DNA of 28,838 nt from Sarea resinae (lineage: Eukaryota): NCBI GenBank assembly GCA_026026165.1, contig JAPEUD010000090.1, positions 62,001 through 90,838 of the forward strand, written 5' to 3'. This document shows positions 11,458-23,397 of this stretch, piece after piece. A program made the position numbers and the translations under genes. The notes under the pieces were generated by a model. It searched no databases, was not told the origin of the DNA, and saw only the letters and a program-made list of their open reading frames with translations. The first letter of the stretch is position 1; each line of letters opens with the position of its first letter.

Positions 11458-12623
11458 TCGCCTGTGATCGAAGTCTTTGAGTTGGAGAGTGAGACGATTT
11501 GGTTGAATATCAATACTACTTTCGGCATATTGCGATCTACAATTGAGGTGATGGGCGTATGTCCTCGAGGGTCGTTGTAGCAACTCAGGGCTTGGAGTGC
11601 CTTTGCGATATTGTCTTTGTATCAATACCTTCTTGCGGCAGCGTGCACACTCATTACAATTCGCTACAAGCAAAGGCGTGCGTTGGAGCTTTATCTGGTT
11701 GGATAGTAGAGTAGAAGGCGGCCAAAGAGACACCAGAACGAGCATATTCAGTCATCATGTTCCTTTTCACTGCCTATGGATAATAGATGGGCAGGCTTAG
11801 ACTTTCCGCAATAAGATTTCCCCGATTACAATTGAGGCTGTTCTTGAAAGAATCCGCTTGGGTATTACTAACGAAGCCCCACGGCTGTTCCGCACACAGT
11901 CTGTGGCAATCGCCGAGACATGCCTCAGCCTGGCCGAACAGCTTTCCACCCTCCCCCCCCCCTCCCCCCCGTTACCTCCAGCCATTCCCAACCTGGTTCC
12001 CCGGATTTCAGGCTTACTGTGCCTAGCGGGGAGGTGTGCAGGCTGGGTATTTTGTCTCGGGCCACCCTTGACTGCCCTGCACACCCGTGTCACATCTGAC
12101 AGTCCAGAATATCAGCAACAACAGAGGCGGTGATCACCTCAAGTTGGCGTTCAATGACGCCCAATTGGTAAGGTGTTTCCCCTTCTACTTGTCCCCGCGA
12201 ATTTCGCGTTCATGCCCAGGACCATGGGTCACACCCAGGGTGAACCATACTACCATGCTTGCTGTCGTGCTACCATGCTGCCTCGCGCGGCGACACGGAA
12301 CTTACTGTTGACCGGGTTGCCAACAGGAATAGTAACAGCGTCGTAATATTATCATTTCGAGACGGCAGCACTGATGATGAACTTTTTTTCATCCGTTGTT
12401 GGTGCAGGCGACTAAACCAATCTTTGGCTACGCCTCAAGGCAGCGTCTGACATCTGTTGCTTAGCTGACGATGATGATGCCATATTTGGTAGCTCATGAA
12501 TTCCTGGGAATAGTACGACTTCACTTATGGTTGCGCGAATGGAATAATAAACCTTTCGTTCTGTCAGGACCGACAAGTCACCTCTTCTTCTGCGTTTTTG
12601 CTGACACTCCAGTCAATCTCGAC

Positions 12624-14099
12624 ATGGAAAAGAAGCGTACGCAAGCACTTCGTATGCCTGCATGAACACCATACTGCCCATAGAGCTTCACTGCCCTGAT
12701 CTATAGGATTGCGATTGATACTGTCGTCATCGCAGAGGAAAATGCTATCCTCAGACGCAACCAGCCGCCGCAGGATCCAGAACCGGATTGCCCAGCAGAA
12801 CTATCGTGAGCAACTTGAGTTTTCATTTGGTCCCCTCAATCTATCTGTTACGTGAGCGTGATCGTCGAGTATGCGCTTACATACTGGCAGGCAAAAGGAT
12901 CAAACAGCAACGTGGCGAAGACAATGGAGAAGCAAGCAACGCGTCTTCGAGCTCGTCAATTGCTTCCGCTCCCGCTATGAAACCTTCCTCTCAATCGAAA
13001 GGAACTGGGCAGTCTAAGACGGAGAAGACAAAATTGCGAGGAGGGCCAAGTACCACCTCAAAAAAACGACAGCCCACGCGGACTGCATCGCCGACCCATA
13101 TTGTGTCACCGCCTTATGTTGAAGGTGATCCTGTTTGTACTCATCACCACTATCTCAGAGAGCCTACAATACTTCAGAGTAATGCCGCATGGGCTCAATC
13201 ATATCCTACACCGGAACAAAAACCTGGCCCGCTCTCTGTGAATGGTATTGGGCATCCACAACAACAGCAGCTTGCATCCCCAATACCATTCAATCGCTCT
13301 CATTTCCCATTGGAAGGTCACACATTCGGGGACGATAGCTTCGCGAATTTGCCACAAACGTTCTTCGCAGAGACCGGTGGCCTACTTACACCGACCTTGG
13401 ACTATACAGCGTTGATGGGAGAGGACATGCAAATGGCAGAGATTCGACAAGACGCAAGATTGCCGGTGAGCGTCACTGTTTAGCACGAGTTTCCAATTTC
13501 TCTCACTGAATTTCTTGAATATATAGTCATCAGTCGCCGCAGAGATGCCCAAATCAGCCATTACCAGTAGCAGCAGTAACGAACGGCCAGAAGACGGCCG
13601 GACTGCTCTTCATAAGGCGGCCTTCTATGGACACAAGCTCGTTGTCAATGTGCTCCTAGAGAAGGGCGCTGATATTGATGCTAGAAGCTCTGATGAGTTG
13701 ACGGCACTTCACCTTGCAGCGCGAAAGGGAAACGAAAGTGTCGTGAGGCTTCTGGTAGAAAAAGGTGCTGATCTGGATGCCAGAGACATTACTGGGAGAT
13801 CGTCGTTACACCTTGCAGCCGATCAAGGCCATTACGCAATTGTACAATATCTTCTCGACAAGGGCGTAGACATTGACTTGGCGGACGTCTTTGGAAATAC
13901 GATGCTTCATCTAGCATCGGAACAGGGGAATGCAGCTGTTGCGCAAATGTTATTGGAAGAGGGTGCCGATGTCCACGCTAAAGACAATTCCGGAAGGACA
14001 GCACTTCATCGAGCGGCAGAGCGTGGACACGAGGGAATAGTGCGCCTGCTATTGGAGAGAGGGGCAGATATTAACGCAGATACAGGTGACGAACGATGA
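12624..14099 (+). CDS. bZIP-basic-region / ankyrin-repeat transcription factor (TOXE/APS2-like 'bANK' cluster regulator)
   Basis: The basic region SRRRIQNRIAQQNYR|KRIKQQ is split by intron 12806-12890, and no heptad leucine zipper follows it. After intron 13466-13526 come five ankyrin repeats (GRTALHKAA, ELTALHLAA, GRSSLHLAA, GNTMLHLAS, GRTALHRAA). The start is uncertain: ATG 12742 gives ~403 aa, while ATG 12624 with an extra intron 12652-12706 gives ~424 aa. Confidence 0.88.
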
Positions 14100-15807
14100 C
14101 ATTGGCCAATTCTCTGGATGCTGGTTGATCTTCTTCTTGGTGCATACATGTGCATACGGACTGTTTTATTTACTTCGGTGCTGTTTAATCTTCATGTCGT
14201 TCTCTCCGCGCGGAATGCCCGATCAAAATGTTGAAATACTCCTTGTAAGAGAGGTAGATCCGGCTCGAGCTTTGCCCGCTCGAATTCAAGCGCATGGATA
14301 AGACGTCAATGCTAAAGTGCAACAGCGTGTGAGGAAGTCCATTGAGTCAGCCAGCATACTTTGAGGATTAGAGATTTATTCAATTTGTTTCCCGCGGCTT
14401 CTCAGAGCCAACTAAAGGCTGCGGAGCAAGTCACTCTGTAGGCTTCAGTTCAAAGTACATACATTGGTATACTACAGTATGCGTCTCTCTCGGAGGTTGC
14501 GGCACCTTCGGGCAGCGGTCCTTGTGGCGTTCCAGCTCGTAAAACTAATTACATTTCGACTGCTTGACTATAAGCAGCCTTTGAAATTTCACGCTTTTCC
14601 CTTTCAGCTGAGCTGGATTCGGGCGGAAGGCGATTCTACCGTCCTACAGCCCAATATCCGAAGAAGCTCGCTATGTCTTTGCATAACATGGTTACAATCC
14701 TTACGGTCCTTGTAGTCCTTACGTCTCAATCCACTCCCCAGGGACTTCACCAGTCGCAGATGGTGTGAAGCCACAAGATCGCAACTGTCGAATGAGGGCT
14801 GGGATGATAGAGAGAGCATTCTGCTCAGTCAGATACTGGGATCCCAGCTGCCCGACTTTGTTGCCCTCGGTTTAGTGAAGCCGATTTCAAATCATTACTC
14901 AATACATTGACCTCTGTCAGGGACCCATCTCCCCTTGTTTTTAAAACAAGGCATTATTGCACCTCCCTCAAGTTACCGCCGGGGATCACAGACGCGAGCT
15001 TCTGAGTCGCTTGCCGATGCCCTCGTACCCTCGTGTTATGGTCGACTATGTTGAGCTCGTTTTCCAAGACTCTTGCCCTCATCAGAACAGTGCTGCAGCT
15101 CGCTGTGGCCATTCCGAGGTCATCCTCAGCTTTTCGCCAAACACCACGATCCTGACAGGGAACATCAGAGAGCCATGCAGCCGAGCACTTGCTCGCACAT
15201 GTTGATGCAAGTGTTCAGATTTTCACATTACGTAGGGCACCGGAGAGAATGCCATGGCAAGTTTGCAGGCCGGGCTGAGTCAACGATCGGAATAACTCTG
15301 CACGGGGTAGGAGCTGCCTCATTGGTACACATGGCGCTGTTCTTGGGCGAATTCAAGTTTGAGCACCTCAGCTTCCTTGCGCGAGGATCGCGATTCTCGA
15401 TTCTCATGACCCTGACGCCTTCACTCTGTAGATGTCGCAATGGTCGTGATGTCTCCGCGAGTGGAGAATCCCCGCTACTATGCAGCTTATTCTACGTGTA
15501 TTCGGTCATGGACCCCTCGCATCGTGCCAAGGGCGGAACGATCCCTAGCCGATCGCCAGGGATCTGAGACGGCGACGCCAACAGAGGGGCTGTCGGTCAC
15601 TAACCCTCTTCAGCGACTGATGAGCGGTCCGACCATCGTACAACCGGTACTAAGCCGCACATGGCGCGATCTCCTTTGACTCCTCCCCCATCTTGATCTT
15701 CGCCTCGTCTGACTCTAGCGACCCCGCTCCCGCCTGCTGGGACGTTTTAGAATCATGCCTTACAAAGTACGTACTGGTGCTGCACAACGAAGGTAAGGAG
15801 GCTTAGC

Positions 15808-15833
15808 AACAACAACAACAACAACAAAACAAC
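15808..15833 (+). repeat. (AAC)n microsatellite
   Basis: aacaacaacaacaacaacaaaacaac is directly visible. Confidence 0.8.
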
Positions 15834-17833
15834 GAATGGTAGACAGCTATGCTGGTGCATGCTGGTGAATGCGCCCTTCTCCGGCAGGGCAACTCTGCAG
15901 CTCAGCCTCATCTCCCCGCCATCGTTCTCTCAGATTTGTTAAAATGAGTGAGTCGTTGGGTATTATGGCTGGTTCACGTATTTCCCTTACGCACGGTCCT
16001 CACAGATCTCTCTAGTGACAAGAGTACCAACGATGCTACCTTGAGCCACCGCTAGAATTTGACTTTCTGCTCGTTCGTTGCTGCCTGTCATAGGCCCCGC
16101 TGATTCTGACCGTCCTATCGGTCCGATGTATTGTCCGGAGGCCAATGTGAATGTGCCAGCCGCTCTTTTCCTCAATTGGGAGCCCTCTATGGAAGGATCC
16201 GTACCTGCTCATCCGCTAGTAAGCCATTTTTCTCGAGTTACACCTAACATTCATTACCCCTCTTCTCGAAGGGATAGACGGATCCACCCGATCAGGCTCT
16301 TTAGACGTCACATGCACGATCACGTTTACGTGCAGCATAAGCAACTCCACAGAAATGCTTATTGGACCATCACCGCAGGCGAGCAAGGTAGGGACATCGT
16401 ACCTCCGTGGCGCGGAAGACGCTTAGGGAGCCGCCCCTTGGCGTGAGGGCCACCGCCCAGCGCCCTCGCCCGGTCGGACGCCTCGCCCGCTCCGTACCTG
16501 CGCGGAGAAAAAAGAACGAGTGAGTGGGTGGTGGGTGAGCGAATATGAATGCAGAGGCGGGCGTGCTTGGTTGATCACTCCTCTTTGGCTGAGTGGTTAG
16601 CGAGTCAGGTGTGCAGCAGATGACACGAGGACACGAGGACACGAGGAGCTGAAGCTGAAGCTTGGCCGAACGGCCGAGGGGCAGAGACACTCAGATTACA
16701 TGCACCTAAATCTTCTACGCAGCACGATGCCACGAGATTGGTGTTTGTAGTCTCATTCTTGCTTTCTTTGGAGACTTTCTTGGACAACAACTGCTACTTG
16801 GTTTGCACGTGTACTACCCTCTAGGCATCAGGATGCTCCCAGACAAGTGATGACCTCACTCTCCTCACCGATTACTTCCCTCCCCAACTCGTCTGTTGCA
16901 GTAATCTCGAACCTTTTACCTTGTTGTGGCCCATCGAGTCGAGTCTCACCTTGTCTGCTCTTCTCCCATCCATTCCCTGCCTCCACGTGCCAGATGTCGT
17001 CGCCCCTTACTTCGCGCTTTCTTCCTTCCGTTGTTCAATGAGTTACAGACCGACCAAGAGCCGAGATTATGTTTTACTTTTCTTACACAGACACCGCGCG
17101 CTGATTCTGAGATCCTTTCTGCTAGATGTTGGCTGTATGTGTTGGTATGTAGCGGACTCGACCTTTGTGTTTGCGCTCTTTTCTGTCTGTATGCAACGTA
17201 AGTAAGAGCGGCAAGGGAGCTGACGCCATTCCCATTCCTTGTTATCAGTCCTCTATGGCTGAATTGCCCCGCACCGCGTCGCACCGGCCTGGTGTAGGCT
17301 CATTGAGAGCGGGGCTATCGTGCGCGTCATGGGAAACAAGGCTGAGTAGAGACGCGGTTGAGTTGGACTTGCGTTCTTTTTCAGCGTCTGCCTGCGTTCC
17401 TTTGTCTATTCTGGCATATTTCGAGATTTTACTTTCGTAAAACATCAGAGTTACCCTTGTTCAGGAGACGAGCAAGGCTGAACGTTCATTCAGTTGGGAT
17501 TGAGGTCATTGTTAGTTGTCTGCTGTAGCCTGTTGTTTCTGTGGACGACTTTCTAGTGCGGGCTTTCAGAAGTAATAGGTTTTAAGGCTCAGGAAATTGC
17601 TGTTTCGAGGACTTCCAAGGTAATTCCTACTTTTAGAGTGCTAGATTTTGTTCGAAAGGTCCTCTGTTGAGCTGTTTGAAGATAATACTATGATATATGA
17701 AATAAAATCGACCTATAAAATGAACACACTAATATTTGTCCTTCGCGATGCCAGATTCACACTAGCTTCACATAATATCGTATAATCGTCCATCTGTAGT
17801 TGTAAAGAAAAGGAAGGGAGAAAAATCAAAAAA

Positions 17834-20800
17834 TCAAGCAAATATCTGGTTCGCCACGCTCCAGTACTCCAGAATCGACTGCCACGTCTCCTGATCCTCC
17901 CTGCTGCCGCTGCGTTCCGCCATGCCACCCACACTATTGCTATCCTCGGACCGCTGGGAGCCCGGACGCGAAATCCGCTTCCTTGACCCCGCCTTCTCTG
18001 ACTGCTCTGTTTGCGCCGTGCGCGATGAGAAGGCCCGAGAAAGGCGTTTTCGCGCGGTAGTCGAGCGCGATCGTGACGACCTGCGCGCCGAATCGGCACC
18101 AATGCAATCGGTTTCATCATCGGTGCCATCACCATCGCCATCATGATCATCGTCATCATGATCATCGTCTCTGTGGTACCGACGAGCCCCTCGCGTCGCC
18201 CGTCTCTTTGCGGCCCGCTTGACGCGCGCCTCTTCCTCGAGCCGCACCTTCTCGAGCGAAGAATCCCAGTCCTGCCCCCCACTGCTTGACGCATAGAGGG
18301 TTTTGAAGATGGAATTCTGGCGCGCCAGCAGATCGAGCGGATTTCCGATCTCGACGAGCGCGCCGTGCTCCATTACCAGCACGATGTCAAAGTCGAGGAT
18401 GGTGTCGAGCCGATGCGCGATCGCAATCACAGTGTGTGCAGCAAAGTCCTCGCGAATGATCCGCTGCATCAGCCCGTCCGTCAGCGCATCCACGTTGCTC
18501 GTGGCCTCGTCCAGCACCAGGATCTTGGATTGCCGCCGCAGCAGCGATTTCGCGAGACAAAGGAGCTGCCGCTGCCCGTGCGAGACCAGGTCTTCGCTGA
18601 TGGGCGCGTCTAGCCCGCCTTTTGAAACGAGCGTGGCCCAGAGCTGTACTCTTTCCAGCGCGCCAGTGATTGCTTCGTCCGGGTATAGCGAGTCCGGGTC
18701 GATATTCTCGCGCACACTGCCTTCGAAGAGGTAGGGCTCTTGCGGGAGCCCGATCAGCTTCTCGCGCACCTCTTGGCGCGGCACTGTCGAGATGTCGACG
18801 TCGTCGACGATGATACTGCCTGTTTCGAGCTCGACTAGCCGGAAGAGCGTTGATACGAGGGAGCTTTTGCCGCTGTTTTGGTAGATTAGTACATTGGAGA
18901 TGTTTTGCGGGTGGAATGATATTCACTGACCTGCCACTCCGACCACATATTCCCACTTTCTGTCCCGGTCCGATCTTGGCCGAGAACATCTTCAGCGCGA
19001 GCTCAGCGGTAGGTCTGTCGTAGCAGAGTATTAGCCATGAGACAAATGTAGCGTGTCGCTGGGATAGACTCACTTGTATCGCGCAGACACGTCTCGAAAC
19101 TCAATGGCGCCACTGGACGGCCATTCAGGAGGCGGTCTGTATGTCTCCGCGGGCAGATTTTCAGACGGAGTAGAGCTAAAGGTCTTAATTCTCGAGACAG
19201 CCCCCATGGACGTTTCAAGCAGCGTCCAATTAGTGATGAGAGCCTTGAGCGACTCATTAAAGGACACGACGTTGACAAGGGCCATGCCGATAAAGCCGGC
19301 TCCGATCTTACCCTGCGTGGCGACGGCGATTCCCACAAGCACAACCGCGAAACCGGCGACGCTTAGGTCGAGGACCAGATTGAGCCAGCGCTGGACGCAC
19401 CAGAGGAGATAGTACGGCCTTTGCGATGCGTTCAGAAGTTCGTCGTTTCGGGCCATGTATTCTTTCTCCCATCCGTAGGAGCGAATAGTAGCGAGACCAC
19501 TGAGCGTCTCCAGGAAGTGAGAAAACAGCGGTGATTTAGCTTCAATGTCCATGAGTCGTAGCTGGCGAGACGTCCGCAGGTAGAATTTCTGGACGAAGAA
19601 GAACACGATGCCAGACGCCGGAATGATTGCAGCGATGTACCTTGCCGATACAGATATGATGATCAGCTGTGACAGGGAGATCAACAAGGCTGTTTGCAAG
19701 GGTCAGTAGAAATCTCGAGAACCAAACAATAGAGAAGCTCACCAAGAGACGTGTTGAGCACGGCTAACGGCAATTCCATGTCAACGAGCTCCAAGTCCTG
19801 GCTGAATCTGGAATTCGGTCAGCTCGGTCTCTAAGGAGCAGCGAGTCCAGCCTACCTATTTGTCGTCTTTCCCAGATCTGTTTCCGAAAAGAAGGACATG
19901 GGAGCACTAGCCAAGCAATTGTGCTCAGTAAAGGTTTCGTGCAAGCCAATTGTAGGGGCCTTACCTCAGTACAGTTCTGAGCAGCGTCGCGTGAAACCTG
20001 CGAGCCGTTCGAGAGACCATACTAGTCATCAAGAACCTAACGACAGTTAAACGACCACTATTAGAATGAGAGGGAGTGACTTGCCAGCATGAGAGCATCA
20101 AGAAGATGACGGCCAATACGCCAAGAAACCAGTATATCCCGAGGTATTTGGTGACGTGTTGATTTGGGACCCTATCGTTGGCTTTAGACCACCACATGAC
20201 CCAAACAGCTATACAGTTCGCAATTAGAAAGAACCAAATATTCCGTGGATTACATACTTGGAAACGAGAACAGAAAGGTGAACACGGCCATCAGAGCATA
20301 GAACACCGTCCAGTTCATGTAACCAATAGTCTGAATATAGTACTTGTACACAGTAAAGTCTCCGACTCGTCTGTCTCCAGTCGCAGCCACTTCTCGGTCG
20401 ACTGGTATTGCAGGTCCTTTTTCCGTTTGATCTTCTCTTTGCACGCGCGAGCGTTCGGCGATCTGGTTTCGGATGGCCAGACTCTGCACATATCCATCTG
20501 CGGAACCGAGCTTCGCAAAGTTGCCTTGCTCGACGATCCGACCATCGGATCCCAAAGCAATGATATGGTCTGCAAAGGACAACCGATGCACTGCTATCAT
20601 TCAGCGTCTCGTACAAAGACTTGGAAGGATCTGAAATCGTACCTGCATTTGTAGCCAAGATGACCGTTGTCTCGCTTTTCCGGAAAAGACCCTCTTCTCC
20701 GAAGAGTTCCGCAAATATGTGATCTTCGGTAATTGGATCCAACCCGCTGAGCACATCATCTAGGAGGACGAGATCTTGTCTCGAATACAGCGCTCGCGCA

Positions 20801-23397
20801 AGTGACTGAGCACTGTATCAGCTCTGGTTCGAATCGTTGCCGATGACATTTCTACTCACTATGCGCTGCTTCTGTCCTCCACTCAGCGTTGAGCCCTTGC
20901 TTCCGACCAAGGTTTCGTCTCCTTGTGGGAATTGGAGAAGATCAGGCTCGAGAGCGCAAGCATGAACGACGGCTCGATACCATTGCAAATCGTAGTAAGA
21001 CTCGCCGAGGATATTTTGCCGTACCGTATCATTTGTGAGCCAGGGAGTTTGGCCACAGTAAGCAGCTTCCGAGAAGTCGATCTCGATGCTGCCTCGAATG
21101 GAGGGTATCTCTCCCAGGAAAGCTCTCAAGAGGGTAGATTTGCCGCTGCCGACCGGGCCGATGATCATCGTCAGCCGATGGCGTTCGACAGTGAGACTGA
21201 GACCTCCCAGGATAGGGCGGTCCTTATTATCCCAGCTGATATCTGCATCATGAGTGCGAATGCAGACTTTTTCGGACGAGTTCAAGTCGTCCGAATCTAC
21301 AGAGACTCTCAACCAAGATCGATCGTGATTGACCGGCTCGGGGGGATCCGCTCTTTCGGGACTGAAACCACCAGGTGTAAACATGGTGAGTGTTCTATTG
21401 TCGTCTTTTCCGGCTGCCGCGAGGAACTTTCGGATTCGCTCAATACTACCAATAGCCGTCATCATACCCGTTGACGCCTCAACAACAGTTCCCACGGGCG
21501 TCGCTAGTAAAGTAAACAGCGTAAGTGATGTGAACGCCTTGACAGTTCCCAGAGAGTCTGTGCCATTCTTCACGGAAAGTGCAGAGTATATTGTGAACGC
21601 GATGACTGGCGAGATTGAAGTGCTCAGGTGGGCTGCTCGACGTTAGCAAAGAAGAGCTGGGATAAATGGGCTCTCATACATAAGCCGACGACTGCGATCA
21701 GCAACTCTCTGAACTTCTGAGATGCTTTGATCTCTCTCAACCTCAAGTTTTGTATGACGTTTTCAAGGCGTTCACTCAAGCCAGACATTTTGACACCCTT
21801 CATGCTCCCGAGCATTGTCGCGGTCATGCTGACACGCTTCTGTATTGCTTCGATCCATATCTTTTGTCGATTCCCTGCCAAGCCGGCTATGTAGACCGCG
21901 ATCGCAGTACAACCTGTCGCGTCCGACAAGTTAGGTCGGAACCATCCATCTCTAGAGTTGAACATACCAAATGATACTATAATGGGAGCAATGCTCGCAA
22001 TCTCGAGTTGTCTCCACAGCAGCCAAAGTGCAAGAGCGATTTCTATCACCGAGGCCCACGTATCATGCATATAGCGCAATCCCGTCCCGATACGCTCAAT
22101 ATCCGCGCTCATTAGAGTAATTGGTGCGGAATCCTCGAGCGCGCCAATGCTTAGATGCATCGTCTTTTGATATATCATGCTGACAAGGGCTCCTCTCAGC
22201 ATGGTAATGGTCCGGTACGCTTTGTGTTGCGCTTGGGCGGTTGTAATCTGCCAGAGTCAGTGAGACCCAATATTTGGAGTAGCGTACTAACAGCGATACC
22301 AATGTACACGATGGCGTATGCCGCGATTAATCCGTATCCTTTATTTTTCGAGTTTGAATCCACAGGGCTCCCGATGAGTCTCACAGTTGCGCCAGTCAGG
22401 AACGGCTGCGCGAACGTGAAGCCGATCTGACACATGCGTGGGAGAACTCCGGAGATGAGAATCCATTTGTATTCTTTGACGGCAAGTCCAAGAAGACTAT
22501 GGGATTTTTTCTTATTGGAAACTAGAGAATGATCAGCATGGACGGACGGAATATGAAAGAGGAGTGTACGTCGACTCCATCGTAATATCAGGCCCGTATC
22601 AACCGCGTTCGACGAAGAAAGTGCCTCATCCAGCGAGAACAGATCGTTGAGAGCGAGGTCTTTTCGAGAACCCTCGAGTAAGAGCGGATTCAACCACCAG
22701 AAGAGTATCCGGTTGTAGACCGAGCTCGTCACTTCGGAGGGGCTATCCGAGAACTCGACCCTCAATATTCTCCGCTTCTCTATGGATTCTAGAAATAGGA
22801 TCCATACTCGCAGCACGACTGTCACGGTAAACAGCGCCGCTATCGCCCCTTCGCCTTGTGTCTTCCATAACGTTCTCGTTCTTGGAATGTCCAATACAAT
22901 CGAGAAAAAAAGGTATGAGCCGATGATGGTTGACGGGCGAATCGAACGCGTATGTTCGAGTTCGGAGAGATATAAGAGGCTGACTACGGCCAAGAAGCTT
23001 AGAACTGCGGAAGCCGTGGACGTCCGTGTCTTCGGGGTCGACGGTCTCCCCAGCACTCCTATCAATGCTAGTTGAATGACAGCTAGTATGGCCGCACTCG
23101 TCTTTTCTCATCAGTCTACCTGGCACATTGGTTTAGGGCGGCAAAATTCACCAACTTCAGCCAATACAGCACCTCTCGATTGACCTTTGTTCTCTCCTTG
23201 AATAAGACAAAGCTTCTGAGCAGCGCGGCGATGAGAAACAACCCATTGGGCGCAATGGAGAGGAAGGTTTCTTCGAACAAGAGCGTGAAGTCGAAGCCTC
23301 CAAGACAGTACTTTTCTTGCGGCCCAAAGGAATCTTCTACAGCAATGGTGCAAGACGCCGAGCGAGGAAGCAGACGTGCTGAATCAAGGAGGTGCAT
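17834..23397 (-). CDS. ABC transporter, ABCC/MRP subfamily (TMD0-TMD1-NBD1-TMD2-NBD2), ~1613 aa, 15 exons
   Basis: Exons read by eye: 23397-23152, 23101-22570, 22521-22292, 22247-21968, 21913-21680, 21632-20860, 20805-20643, 20590-20258, 20208-20085, 20036-19965, 19906-19856, 19807-19743, 19689-19074, 19014-18931 and 18872-17834, totalling 4842 nt in frame. Motifs: N-terminal FGP...FDFTLLFEE; LEHTRSIRPS; FWWLNPL; NBD1 GPVGSGKS, LSGGQKQR, LVLLDD; FYLRTSRQLRLMDIEAKSPL; NBD2 GRSGSGKSS, SHGQRQL, ILVLDEATS, IAHRL. Confidence 0.94.

Noticed and set aside
11460..12620. ORFs between the P450 and the TF
   Set aside because: They are short, overlapping and low-complexity with no motifs, consistent with terminator plus promoter DNA.
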